In this document: positions 37,551-47,337 of the stretch, in pieces
Layout: each line of letters opens with the position of its first letter
Position numbering within the stretch: position 1 is the first letter of the stretch
Assembly: GCA_041489255.1 (NCBI GenBank)
Contig: JBGPQV010000005.1
Coordinates: forward strand, 1-64,000
DNA: 64,000 nucleotides
DNA from: Thermoplasmata archaeon
GTDB taxonomy: Archaea; Thermoplasmatota; Thermoplasmata; RBG-16-68-12; JAFNFQ01
Direction: 5' to 3'
Notes under the pieces: generated by a model
What the model was told of the DNA's origin: nothing
Database searches by the model: none
Seen by the model: only the letters and a program-made list of their open reading frames with translations
Program-made: the position numbers and the translations under genes

Positions 37551-39089
37551 GTGCGTCGTCACAGCTCCTGCATCCTGCTGCTGATTCTCCTTCTCACCAT
37601 GACGTTATTGCCATGTCTTCCCCCGGCAGCAGCCGCGCCCGTCTACGAGAGCCGCCAGATCGCCCTCGGCCCGGGCCCCATAGGTGCCTGGGACCAAGCC
37701 GGCGTCATGCAGCCCACCGTGCTGCTGAGCGGCGGTCTTCACAAGATGTGGTACACGGGTACCGACGGTCTCACGACCGGCATAGGCTACGCGGTCTCCG
37801 GCGATGGCCGCCAATGGAACAGAGTCCTCACCGACCCTGTCACGATCGCTGGTCCCGGCTGGACTGGCGTGACGAAGCATCCGAGCGTGCTGCCTTGGGG
37901 GACCACGGGATACCAGATGTGGTTCTCGCGGGACATCACTGGCGGGGCGATCGGCCATGCGACGACCGCCGACGGCATCTCATGGGGAAACGCGAACACC
38001 GTGATGCAGGCCGACGTTTCAATTCCTTGGGAGAAGGGCGGGATCGGCGAACCAACGGTCCTCCGCGACCCGTCGGGCTTCTGGATGTGGTACGTCGGCG
38101 TTGACGCTTCCGGCGGGAACGCGTCCATCGGTCTGGCAACGTCTGCGGACGGTATCAACTGGAACAAGGCAGTCTCCAACCCGATCCTGCGTCCGGTGGC
38201 GGGAGATTGGCACTCTGCGGGCATCCGGAGCCCCGCCGCTGTCATCCTGAGCGACGGCACCTTCGTCCTGTGGTTCAACGGTACCGATGGCCAGTCGAGC
38301 CGGATAGGCCGCATGACATCCAAGGACGGGGTGAGCTGGAGCGCGCCGGAACTGGTCTTGGACTTGGGCGAGGCAGGCACGGCGGACGGCATCCAGGTCG
38401 GGGATCCCGCGCCTTCGTCGAACGACATGGATACCTTGTGGTACGCGGGCTTCGACGGCGTGACGTGGAGGATTCTCCTGGCGGTTCCTCAACGATTCGC
38501 CACGCCACCCTCGATTGTGACGAGTCCGAACGCGGCGGCAGCGTTCACGATGGGCGTCACTCTGGTCGCGGTCGGGGCTTTCATATCATCGGAGCGGTTC
38601 AAGTACGCTTTCTTCGCGATCCCCCTCGCTTTCAGATCACGCAGAGAGAAGAACCTCGACCCCTTCGTCCGCGGCCAGATTTACCAGTATATCAGGGAGA
38701 ACCCGGGCGACTATTACACCTCGATTATGCACGCCACAGGAGCGACGAACGGGAATCTCGCCCACCACCTGCACATGCTCGAAAAAGAGGAGTATATTGT
38801 ACATAAGGAGGATGGCCGCCTAGTCCGCTTCTATCCCAAGTGCACGCCCGTGCCTAGAGGGGACGGGATCCGCTACAGCGCCCTCCAAGTCCGCCTCCTC
38901 GAGGAGATCACGAAAGTGCCCGGCATCAACCAGACCGAACTGGCTAAGATGCTGGCTTTGAAGAAGCAGACGGTGGCATACAATGTCTGGGTTCTGGCGG
39001 ATAACGGCGTCATAGAGGTCAGGACGATAGGCAACAAGACCCACCTGCATATCGCAAAGGAGCCCGTCGGCCAGGAGGTCCCCGAATGA
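37551..39089 (+). CDS. Single-pass membrane transcription regulator: signal peptide, 5-bladed GH43/32/130-like propeller, TM and tandem wHTH (COG3398-type)
   Basis: Five (M/L)W(Y/F) blades with IG.A.S.DG..W; TM AAAFTMGVTLVAVGAFI; FVRGQIYQYIRENPG…LAHHLHMLEK and PGINQTELAK…VAYNV; GGAGAGG SD before GTG 37551. Confidence 0.88.
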   Translation: MRRHSSCILLLILLLTMTLLPCLPPAAAAPVYESRQIALGPGPIGAWDQAGVMQPTVLLSGGLHKMWYTGTDGLTTGIGYAVSGDGRQWNRVLTDPVTIAGPGWTGVTKHPSVLPWGTTGYQMWFSRDITGGAIGHATTADGISWGNANTVMQADVSIPWEKGGIGEPTVLRDPSGFWMWYVGVDASGGNASIGLATSADGINWNKAVSNPILRPVAGDWHSAGIRSPAAVILSDGTFVLWFNGTDGQSSRIGRMTSKDGVSWSAPELVLDLGEAGTADGIQVGDPAPSSNDMDTLWYAGFDGVTWRILLAVPQRFATPPSIVTSPNAAAAFTMGVTLVAVGAFISSERFKYAFFAIPLAFRSRREKNLDPFVRGQIYQYIRENPGDYYTSIMHATGATNGNLAHHLHMLEKEEYIVHKEDGRLVRFYPKCTPVPRGDGIRYSALQVRLLEEITKVPGINQTELAKMLALKKQTVAYNVWVLADNGVIEVRTIGNKTHLHIAKEPVGQEVPE

Positions 39090-42000
39090 GCGTTGTCCAT
39101 GACGGGGTCGGCCCCGTTCGTCGGCTCCTGATTCTGTTCGCCGCGTCGACTCTGATGCTCTCGTCCGCGATTCTATCATCGTCCTTGGTTGCGGTCGCGC
39201 AGGGCGGCACTTGGGTGCAGTCGACGCGGCAGGACTTCGCGAACGGCACCGGATGGAACATCGACTTGGACTCGGACCCCGGCAACGTCACCCTGCAAGC
39301 TTCCACCACTACATGGATCGAGTCGCAGTTCAACCCGGGCCTGAGGCCGGGCCCCTCCGGTTCCTGGGACGACTCGGAGTTCATGAGCCCGACCGTCCTC
39401 AAGGAAGACGGCGTCTACAAGATGTGGTACGCGGGGGACGACTCCGGCTCGGGGACATACAGGATCGGCTATGCGGTTTCGAGCGACGGGGTCAACTGGA
39501 CCAAGCCGAAGCTCGGGCTCGTCGACTATGGCGGGAGCCTGAACAACAACATCGTGCTCGGCCTCAACTCGTCGCTTCCCTATGAGAACGCCTCGCTCGT
39601 GCCGGGCACGATAATACACGGGCCTGCGAAGTACCAGATGTGGTACTCGTGCAGGGGCACGAAGTGGGCCATATGCTATGCGGAATCGGGCGACGGTTTG
39701 AGGTGGTACCGGTACTTCGCGAACCCGGTCATCAAGCCGGGCGCGATCGTGGCGGGGCTATCATCGCCCGCGGTCGCCCCAAGCGGCTCAGGGTTCAGCA
39801 TGTGGTTCGCCGAGCTGAACTCCCTGGGGCACTATCACATGAGGCACGCGGTGTCTTTCACAGGTGATGCGTGGAGTCAGGATGTTCCACTCAGACCGGT
39901 CGGCCTGGGAGAATCCGGCGGGTGGTTCGATGGCGGGACCCTGCCAGGGACGGTTCAGCGCCTCTCGGGCGTCTGGCAGATGTGGTACGCCGGTCTCCAC
40001 GGCTCCGTGCAGTCGATCGGCTTCTCGAACTCCACGGACGGCTCGACTTGGGTCGAGGCCCCGCTGAACCCGATACAGGGATTTGGATTGCCAGGCTCGT
40101 GGGATTCGGCGAGCCTGTCGCGACCCTCGGTCATCCTGGACGGAAGGCGGTACAGGATGTGGTTCGCCGGCTTCGACGGGACCAGATGGGCCATCGGGAC
40201 TGCATCGTCCGCGCTGGGAGAACGGCCCGTCCCGCCGAAGACGAACCCCGCCATCCCGCTCGGGGACCTGGAGAGCTGGGACAGCGGCGGGATGTTCCGC
40301 CCCTCAGTGCTGTACAAGGACGGGGTCTACCACATGTGGTACACGGGGTCCTCGAGCGCAGACGGTTCCACGGGGTTCTCGATCGGCTACGCTAGATCGA
40401 GCGATGGCGTGAGCTGGGAGAAACCCTCACGCAACCCGGTGCTGAAGAAAAGCGCGTCAGGCTGGGACGGCTCCTGGGTCGGGTTCGCCTGGGTCGTCTG
40501 GGACGATTCGTCCGGTGGATTCAGAATGTGGTACACCGGCAGCGACGGGTCGTCCATCAGGATAGGTCTGGCCTCGTCCTCCGATGGGATGTCGTGGCAG
40601 AAGAACATCTCCAACCCCGCCGCGTTCGTCGGCAACCTCTCGTGGCTGAATCCCTCGGACATCAGATGCCCGTGGGTCGGATATGAGCCGGACAGATACG
40701 TGATGTTCGCGGGCACGAGGACCGCGACTAACGTTTCCCTCGCAAGATTCTCATCATGGGATGGCGGGCAGACGTGGGGAAGCGATGACCAACCGTTCCT
40801 GACGCCTGTCCCAGGAACGTGGGCAGATTCCAGTGTCAGCTGCCCGACTCTGTACAAGAACGAGACGGGCCAGTCTCGGGAAATGTGGTTCGAGGGATCT
40901 TCCGGCATGGACATCCTCGGGCGCGGAGGCATCGGCCACCTCGTCAGCGACGATTCCGGGAAGACTTACGGGCTTGACGCGAGGAATCCGGTGCTCTCGG
41001 CATCGCGGTCATGGGATTCGGCTGGAATCGGCGGGCCCGCGGTCGTCGGCGACGGTTCCTCATACCGCATGTGGTTCCACGGGGGCGATGGCGGGCTCAC
41101 CAGAATCGGATCGGCAGTCTCATCAGATGGGCAGGGATGGCATGAGATGTTCGTCCTCCCGCCGCTGTACTCATCCAGAGGCGCGACTGGCGTGTCCGCG
41201 CCCACGGTATTTGATGACGCGGGCTCACTCTCCATGTATTTGGCTGAGAACTACAGTGGTATGTGGCAGATCCGTGCCGCGAGCTACTCCGAGGCGATGG
41301 AGAGATGGTTCTATTCTCCGGTCATCATCTCTGGCTCCGGGAGTTGGGACTCAGGTGGCAGAAAACCTCTCGCTGCGATCAAGGACGGGTCAACGTTCAA
41401 GCTATGGTATGCAGGGCTCGATGCATCGGGGCGCTGGTCCATCGGCCTCGCGGATTCACAGTTGATTGGCGATTTGCAGGCTTATCCGGGAAATCCCATA
41501 TTTACTCCCGGTCCTCCACTGTCATGGGACAGCGAGGGCATCGACGGGGCCAGCGTCGTCCACCCCGGCCTCAGCCACGAATATGAGATGTGGTATTCGG
41601 GGTTCGACGGCGTGACCTGGCGGATAGGCTACGCGTTCTCGAGCGATGGGAAGGTGTGGACGAAACCATTGGGCTATCCCATCCTCTATCCTTCATCGGG
41701 CGTTTCATGGGACTGTGCCGGTGTCTCGAGCCCCAGGGTCATCATCGAGGGCGGGCTTTACCACATGTTCTACTCCGGATACGACGGAAGCGTCTGGTCT
41801 CTCGGTCACGCGTTCTCCGAGAACGGGTTCAGCTGGGTGAGGAGCAAGTACAATCCAATTCTGGGCGGCGAGTCATCCGCGGAGGATCCAGCGAACGTGC
41901 GGGATTCCTCTGTGCTGAGGGCGGACTCTGGTTATGAAATCTGGTTCTCCGACTCAGTACGGGAGAACAGCGCCATCGGCTACGCCCAGAGCCAGTCCCT

Positions 42001-44554
42001 GTCCGTCGGCACCCTGACGTCTGCACCGGTTGACTCCGGAATCCAGGGGACGACCTGGGAAACGCTGAACGTGGCATCTAGGGGCTCTACTTCTGCGAAG
42101 GTGGGCGCAACGGTCAGGACCGGCATGCCGCCGTTCTTGGGGGCAATGTGGTCGAGCTATTCCTTCTCCAGTTCCATCCAGCTACAGGTCCAGAGAAACA
42201 GATACCTGCAGTACAGGCTGACCCTCATCTCGCTAACCGGGGAGTGGAGTCCGACCGTCGAAGAGGTCGGCGGCGTGTATTTGCACGATCAGGGTCCGGT
42301 CGCGCAGCCCGCCAGCCCCGCTTTCGGTCAGTGCATAGGCGAAGTCAGGCCGACCTTCCGCTGGGACTATTCCGACTCGGAGGGAGACCCCCAGGGCTAC
42401 TTCTACCTCCAGGTGTCCGATGAGCCTACTTTCACATCGACCCACTATTCCGTCGAGGGGCCGCTGTCAGTCAGTTCCATCCGTCCCTCGCACACACTCG
42501 AGGACGGGATGTGGTTCTGGCGGGTGCAGGCCAGGGACGCCTTCATGATGCTTGGGCCATGGAGCGACGCATCCTACTTCTGCGTTGACACTGCCCAGCC
42601 GAGGACCGAGCTCGAATTCCAGGGTCCGCACCTCGGAACGTCTCCGACGTACATCTCCGGTTCGACTCTGATCTGGCTCAACATGACCGACCCAGGATGC
42701 GGCTATGGCACGACGTGGTTCAAGCTGGACGGCCTGTCTTTGCAGCCTTACACCCACTCGTTCACGCTGCCGGCGGGGCACCACACGATCACCTACAACA
42801 GCACGGACCTCGCGGGGAACCAGGACACGCCGCAATCGCTGGAATTGTGGGTCGACGTCACCGCGCCGACGACGAGCCTCTGGGTGGGATCCCCGCACTA
42901 CACGAGGAACGGGATCCTGTACGTCTCGAGCAGGACGCCGCTGGTGCTCGATTCGACAGATGCTGAGAGCGGTCTGGATGAACCGAATTCATATCAGTAC
43001 GGAATAGACACCGCCGAATCCTGGATCTCCAGCTCTCTTGTCGAGCCGATGTGGCCGGGACCGCACACGCTCTACTATCGGGCGTTGGACCGTGTCGGCA
43101 ACGTGGAGGCGGTGCACGCCGTGCAGGTCTTCGGGGACGATGTCGCGCCCGTGACATCGCTGACAATCAACGGACCGCACACAGGCGGCTCGCCGCTCTA
43201 TGTGACGCCATCGACCACGTTCAACTTCACCGCGACGGATGGCGGTGCAGGCGTCAGCAGCACATTCTACATCCTCGACGGTGTCGGCCCATACGCCTAC
43301 TCCGGCAACTTCTCGATCAGCGCCGGCGGCTTCCACACCCTCGAGTTCTATTCGACGGACAACCTGGAAAACGCGGAGCACCGGCCGATCACGCTCGTCG
43401 AGGTCGATGGTCAGGGCCCCGCCACGAGTCCTGCGATGCTGGGGCCGAGCTATCAGACGATCACGACCACCTATGTGACGTCGAGCACCGCGATGATGCT
43501 CGTGAGTTCGGACGCGAGCAGCGGGCTTGATCGAGTCTACTACAGGATTGACAGCGGCGGATGGACCCAGTACTCGTCGCCGTTCGGATTCAACGGCCCG
43601 GGAGACCACACGCTGTCCTTCTACGGCGTGGACATCCTGGGCAATGTGGAATCCACCAAGGTCATGGATGTGTTCGTTGACGACGCGCCGCCCGAGACGG
43701 CGATTTCGCTGAACGGGCTCACCGTCCAATACGGCGGTCTGACTTACATGGATGCTGGAGCATCGGCGGTCCTCTCGGCCACAGACAACGGGTCAGGCAT
43801 CTTGTTCGTGAGGTACCGCCTCGATGGCGGGAGCTGGAGCATCTACAACCGACCGATTATCCCCGCCACGGCGGGCACACACGTGCTGGAGTTCCAGGCG
43901 ACGGACAACCTAGGACTCGTGGAGCCATCGCAGCTGTTCATGGCGGTTGTCGACACATCACAACCCGTGGCCGACGCGGGTCACGATATCGCGGTGTTCG
44001 CGCCCGCGGAAATCTCGCTCGACGGGCTCGGCTCGACTGACGACACGATGATAGTGAGCTACGAGTGGGTGGCGGAGTCAAATCACAGCGTCGTGCTGAG
44101 CAAGGCGAGGGGCACGGTCCTGATCCAGACCCCGCGGGACTACATGTTCACGCTCAAGGTGCGCGACCCGCTCGGCCGCGTCTCGATCGACAGCATTACG
44201 GTGAAGGTCCTCCGGGATCCGGACTCCGACAAGGACACGCTGCCGGACGTCTGGGAGATCGGCAAATTCGGGAACCTTTCCTATGGGCCGGGCGATGATC
44301 CGGACGGGGACGGTGTCACCAACATCGAGGATTACGGGCGGGAGCAGGGCGGCGCGACGCAGTCTGACCTGGACACCGTGACAACGACCGGGGAATCCCA
44401 AGCTGGAGATGTGATTGTCCTGCTGCTACTTTGTCTCCTCGGCGTGATCACGGGGACCGCTATAACGCAATCGTTCAAAATCAGGAGGCTGAAGAGGCAG
44501 CTGGCGGACCTAGAGGCAGAGAAGAGCATCGAGATCGACGAGGATGGGCGGTGA
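39086..44554 (+). CDS. Giant membrane-anchored protein: three tandem 5-bladed GH-like propellers, FN3/Ig repeats, PKD-like domain, Ca-binding D-rich motif and TM
   Basis: 15 MWY-type blades; YSTDNLEN and YGVDILGNVE Ig repeats; VADAGHD; DSDKDTLPD.WE…DPDGDG; TM VIVLLLLCLLGVI; ATGA overlap with the TF gene. Confidence 0.9.
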   Translation: MSVVHDGVGPVRRLLILFAASTLMLSSAILSSSLVAVAQGGTWVQSTRQDFANGTGWNIDLDSDPGNVTLQASTTTWIESQFNPGLRPGPSGSWDDSEFMSPTVLKEDGVYKMWYAGDDSGSGTYRIGYAVSSDGVNWTKPKLGLVDYGGSLNNNIVLGLNSSLPYENASLVPGTIIHGPAKYQMWYSCRGTKWAICYAESGDGLRWYRYFANPVIKPGAIVAGLSSPAVAPSGSGFSMWFAELNSLGHYHMRHAVSFTGDAWSQDVPLRPVGLGESGGWFDGGTLPGTVQRLSGVWQMWYAGLHGSVQSIGFSNSTDGSTWVEAPLNPIQGFGLPGSWDSASLSRPSVILDGRRYRMWFAGFDGTRWAIGTASSALGERPVPPKTNPAIPLGDLESWDSGGMFRPSVLYKDGVYHMWYTGSSSADGSTGFSIGYARSSDGVSWEKPSRNPVLKKSASGWDGSWVGFAWVVWDDSSGGFRMWYTGSDGSSIRIGLASSSDGMSWQKNISNPAAFVGNLSWLNPSDIRCPWVGYEPDRYVMFAGTRTATNVSLARFSSWDGGQTWGSDDQPFLTPVPGTWADSSVSCPTLYKNETGQSREMWFEGSSGMDILGRGGIGHLVSDDSGKTYGLDARNPVLSASRSWDSAGIGGPAVVGDGSSYRMWFHGGDGGLTRIGSAVSSDGQGWHEMFVLPPLYSSRGATGVSAPTVFDDAGSLSMYLAENYSGMWQIRAASYSEAMERWFYSPVIISGSGSWDSGGRKPLAAIKDGSTFKLWYAGLDASGRWSIGLADSQLIGDLQAYPGNPIFTPGPPLSWDSEGIDGASVVHPGLSHEYEMWYSGFDGVTWRIGYAFSSDGKVWTKPLGYPILYPSSGVSWDCAGVSSPRVIIEGGLYHMFYSGYDGSVWSLGHAFSENGFSWVRSKYNPILGGESSAEDPANVRDSSVLRADSGYEIWFSDSVRENSAIGYAQSQSLSVGTLTSAPVDSGIQGTTWETLNVASRGSTSAKVGATVRTGMPPFLGAMWSSYSFSSSIQLQVQRNRYLQYRLTLISLTGEWSPTVEEVGGVYLHDQGPVAQPASPAFGQCIGEVRPTFRWDYSDSEGDPQGYFYLQVSDEPTFTSTHYSVEGPLSVSSIRPSHTLEDGMWFWRVQARDAFMMLGPWSDASYFCVDTAQPRTELEFQGPHLGTSPTYISGSTLIWLNMTDPGCGYGTTWFKLDGLSLQPYTHSFTLPAGHHTITYNSTDLAGNQDTPQSLELWVDVTAPTTSLWVGSPHYTRNGILYVSSRTPLVLDSTDAESGLDEPNSYQYGIDTAESWISSSLVEPMWPGPHTLYYRALDRVGNVEAVHAVQVFGDDVAPVTSLTINGPHTGGSPLYVTPSTTFNFTATDGGAGVSSTFYILDGVGPYAYSGNFSISAGGFHTLEFYSTDNLENAEHRPITLVEVDGQGPATSPAMLGPSYQTITTTYVTSSTAMMLVSSDASSGLDRVYYRIDSGGWTQYSSPFGFNGPGDHTLSFYGVDILGNVESTKVMDVFVDDAPPETAISLNGLTVQYGGLTYMDAGASAVLSATDNGSGILFVRYRLDGGSWSIYNRPIIPATAGTHVLEFQATDNLGLVEPSQLFMAVVDTSQPVADAGHDIAVFAPAEISLDGLGSTDDTMIVSYEWVAESNHSVVLSKARGTVLIQTPRDYMFTLKVRDPLGRVSIDSITVKVLRDPDSDKDTLPDVWEIGKFGNLSYGPGDDPDGDGVTNIEDYGREQGGATQSDLDTVTTTGESQAGDVIVLLLLCLLGVITGTAITQSFKIRRLKRQLADLEAEKSIEIDEDGR

Positions 44555-44560
44555 AAAAAC

Positions 44561-45046
44561 TTGCAGGTTCCGCTCGCGGTGATTGAGGAAAGGCGAAAGA
44601 AACCTCGCCTTCTCCTGATTATCTTGGTTGTCATAATCATGACGATAATCGCCTCGACGGCGACCTGGATAATCCTGGGGGAGCTGTCGAAGGTCAGATA
44701 CATCACCTACACGTATACCGTCGGCGTGAGCGCGCCGGGGAACATGGCCTACTATCTGCTTCTGCCTTCCATTGTCGATGTGAACGGCAATGTTACACCG
44801 ATCATGGGGGATTTCGCAGTCGTAACAGGAGACGGGATGTTTGAACTGACGGACACTCAATTCGGCAAAGCAGTCAACCTGTCTGGCCAGGGACACATCG
44901 TCGCGGACGGTGGCATGAAGCGAGCGCTGGATGGCGACTTCCCCCCTTTGAATAGATCCCGCCATCCAAACGGAGACATGGACTTCGATTCGTGGACAGG
45001 CTCCGATCCCAATCCCGAAGACATCGATTTCGATCCTTGGGTTTGA
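44561..45046 (+). CDS. Hypothetical protein with N-terminal membrane anchor, possibly truncated
   Basis: RRKKPR followed by a TM; short extracellular part ending abruptly. Confidence 0.6.
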   Translation: MQVPLAVIEERRKKPRLLLIILVVIIMTIIASTATWIILGELSKVRYITYTYTVGVSAPGNMAYYLLLPSIVDVNGNVTPIMGDFAVVTGDGMFELTDTQFGKAVNLSGQGHIVADGGMKRALDGDFPPLNRSRHPNGDMDFDSWTGSDPNPEDIDFDPWV

Positions 45047-45906
45047 CGACGATGGAAAGAGAGAAACGCCGCGATGAAATGAACCGCAAGACGGCCTTCA
45101 AAGTGACCGCTCTAGCGATAGCAATCATCCTCTTGGCGATTTCCGGATACTTGCTCCTCATGCCCGCAACTCCGCGCGAGGATTGCATGAAGGTATCCAG
45201 ATTCGACTTGTCGTACATCATGTCAGACGCAAACTTGGGAAAGAGATACTGCATCAACGATGAGGTCGTTTCATCTGAAACGACGACGACTCCTGAAATA
45301 ACGTATGATCCAACGAATGACACCTATATCGTTTGGAATTCCACAAGGACATACTCGGTGATTTTGTTCAATTCCACGAATCTTCCCCTATATTTCTTGG
45401 GCAATCGCACTCAGGAGTTCCAAGAAGGAGCGGACGTCACATTCTATCTGGAAGACAAGAGGTATGAGCATTTTGGATTCGAGAAGGTCATGGTTGAGCC
45501 AGAGTATGTGCTGAGCGTTCTTCTGAGAGGCTACTATCAAGGAGCAATAGGACACGGATTGTATCGACCCATTGAGACCGAAGCCAACTCAACCGCGACT
45601 CTACTGAAGCTCAACATAACAGCCGTCCACGACTCATATCCATTGCCGCTGAACTGGAGCGATATCCAGCTGCTCTATCGCAGCGGCTACATTGGCGTGA
45701 CTCCGAATTTCCAAGTCAGAATCGAAGATCAGATAGGTTCTCTGCTAGGGACTCTTCAAGTCCTTTCCGGACATAGTGAGAATCCGAATCTAAATCTCCA
45801 GGTCTCTGTCGGCCAGGTCCTTGTAATTCCTCTAGACACCGGCATTGTGTTTGACCGCATAGAGGTCGAAAGCAATACATGGTTACTCAATCGTATCCAC
45901 GTCTAG
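44992..45906 (+). CDS. Hypothetical membrane-anchored protein (start probably 45052 or 45079)
   Basis: MNRKTAFKVTALAIAIILLAISGYLLL anchor; lower GC. Confidence 0.65.
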   Translation: MDRLRSQSRRHRFRSLGLTTMEREKRRDEMNRKTAFKVTALAIAIILLAISGYLLLMPATPREDCMKVSRFDLSYIMSDANLGKRYCINDEVVSSETTTTPEITYDPTNDTYIVWNSTRTYSVILFNSTNLPLYFLGNRTQEFQEGADVTFYLEDKRYEHFGFEKVMVEPEYVLSVLLRGYYQGAIGHGLYRPIETEANSTATLLKLNITAVHDSYPLPLNWSDIQLLYRSGYIGVTPNFQVRIEDQIGSLLGTLQVLSGHSENPNLNLQVSVGQVLVIPLDTGIVFDRIEVESNTWLLNRIHV

Positions 45907-46027
45907 AGGAATCAGTAGGAAGTGGCGACCACCAGGTTGTCGAGAAAGCGGCGGGCTTGGCGAACATCGATCAACTCGAAGAGTGGATGCGGGCTCACCC
46001 ACCGTGGCATCGATGAGCCTGATTAGC

Positions 46028-47215
46028 CTAATGGTTAGAGCGCTTGGCGTTCTGCTTCAACGCAGCCCTGAAGTCCTCGATTAGATCAGCACTGGCCTCC
46101 AGCCCGACGCTGACCCTGATCAGCCCCTCGTCGATCCCCGCCAGCTTCCTCTCCTGTGGAGTCAGCGTGCCGTGGGTCATGCTCGCCGCGTGCTCGACCA
46201 GAGTCTCGACCCCGCCAGCGCTCACCGCCAGACTCGCCAGGCGGACGCCCTCGGCGAACCGCACCGCCGGCTTGTACCCGCCCTTGACCTGGAATGCCAA
46301 CATCCCGCCGAAGCCCTTCATCTGCCTCCTCGCGAGCCTGTGCTGCGGGAACGACCTCAGGCCGGGATAGTGCACGCGCGACACCGCCTTGTGCCCCTCA
46401 AGGAACTCGGCGAGCGCCATCGCGGTCTCGTTCTGCCTCTTCACGCGCAGGGGCAGCGTCTTGATGCCGCGGCGGACCAGGAACGCCTCGAACGGTCCTA
46501 TGGAGGGACCGAGCATCTTGTACACTTTCCATATCTTCTTGAACGTCTCCTCGTCCTTCGTGATCACCGCACCCGCGATGACGTCGGTGTGCCCGCCAAG
46601 GTACTTCGTCGCGGAGTGAACGACGACCTCCGCCCCGAGGTCCAGCGGCCTCTGGTTCACCGGCGTCGCGAAGGTGTTGTCGACGACGAGGGGCGCTCCG
46701 ACCTTCTCCGCCGCCTCGGCCGCTTCTCTGAGATCAGTCAGCTCCATCGTCGGATTGGCGGGAGACTCCACGTAGACCATGCAGGTGTCGCGGTTCACCG
46801 CCTTGAGGAACGCGCCTTCGACTGTTGTGTCGAGGAACTTCGTCTTGACCTTGAACTGCGGGAGGTACCGCGCGAGCATCTCCGTCGTCGCGCTGTATAG
46901 GCTCTTCCCCGCCACGACGTTCTTGCCGGGCCTGACGAAGGTGAGGACCGTGGACGAGACAGCCCCCATGCCGCTCCCCGTTGCTATGGCGTGAGAACCG
47001 CCCTCGATCTTCGCGAGCGCGAGCTCCAGGTCCCTGGTCGTGGGGTTGCCCCAGCGCGTGTAGAACTCCGGCGGGGCGGTTGAGAGGGAGAAATCGGCGC
47101 CCTGCTTGGCGTCCTTGAGCCTCCAGGTCGACGACATGAAGATCGGCTCGACCATCGGCCCGTGCCCCTTCTTCCTGACTGGATGGATGGCGATAGTCTC
47201 GATGTCTTCTGACAT
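46028..47215 (-). CDS. Cys/Met metabolism PLP enzyme (cystathionine or methionine gamma-lyase family)
   Basis: YTRWGNPT, SGMGA, ESPANP, DNTFATP, HSATKYLGGH (PLP lysine), IRVSVGLE. Confidence 0.93.
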   Translation of the reverse strand: MSEDIETIAIHPVRKKGHGPMVEPIFMSSTWRLKDAKQGADFSLSTAPPEFYTRWGNPTTRDLELALAKIEGGSHAIATGSGMGAVSSTVLTFVRPGKNVVAGKSLYSATTEMLARYLPQFKVKTKFLDTTVEGAFLKAVNRDTCMVYVESPANPTMELTDLREAAEAAEKVGAPLVVDNTFATPVNQRPLDLGAEVVVHSATKYLGGHTDVIAGAVITKDEETFKKIWKVYKMLGPSIGPFEAFLVRRGIKTLPLRVKRQNETAMALAEFLEGHKAVSRVHYPGLRSFPQHRLARRQMKGFGGMLAFQVKGGYKPAVRFAEGVRLASLAVSAGGVETLVEHAASMTHGTLTPQERKLAGIDEGLIRVSVGLEASADLIEDFRAALKQNAKRSNH

Positions 47216-47337
47216 GGGTGCCGTGATGGAGGCCTCGCCTGAAATAGGTTTCCCGACGCACCGGGGAATACTCCAATGGTATGGTCATGGTAGGTTCAAG
47301 GCAATGCTTTTAGGGCAGCGGCGTCTTTTGAGAAAAC

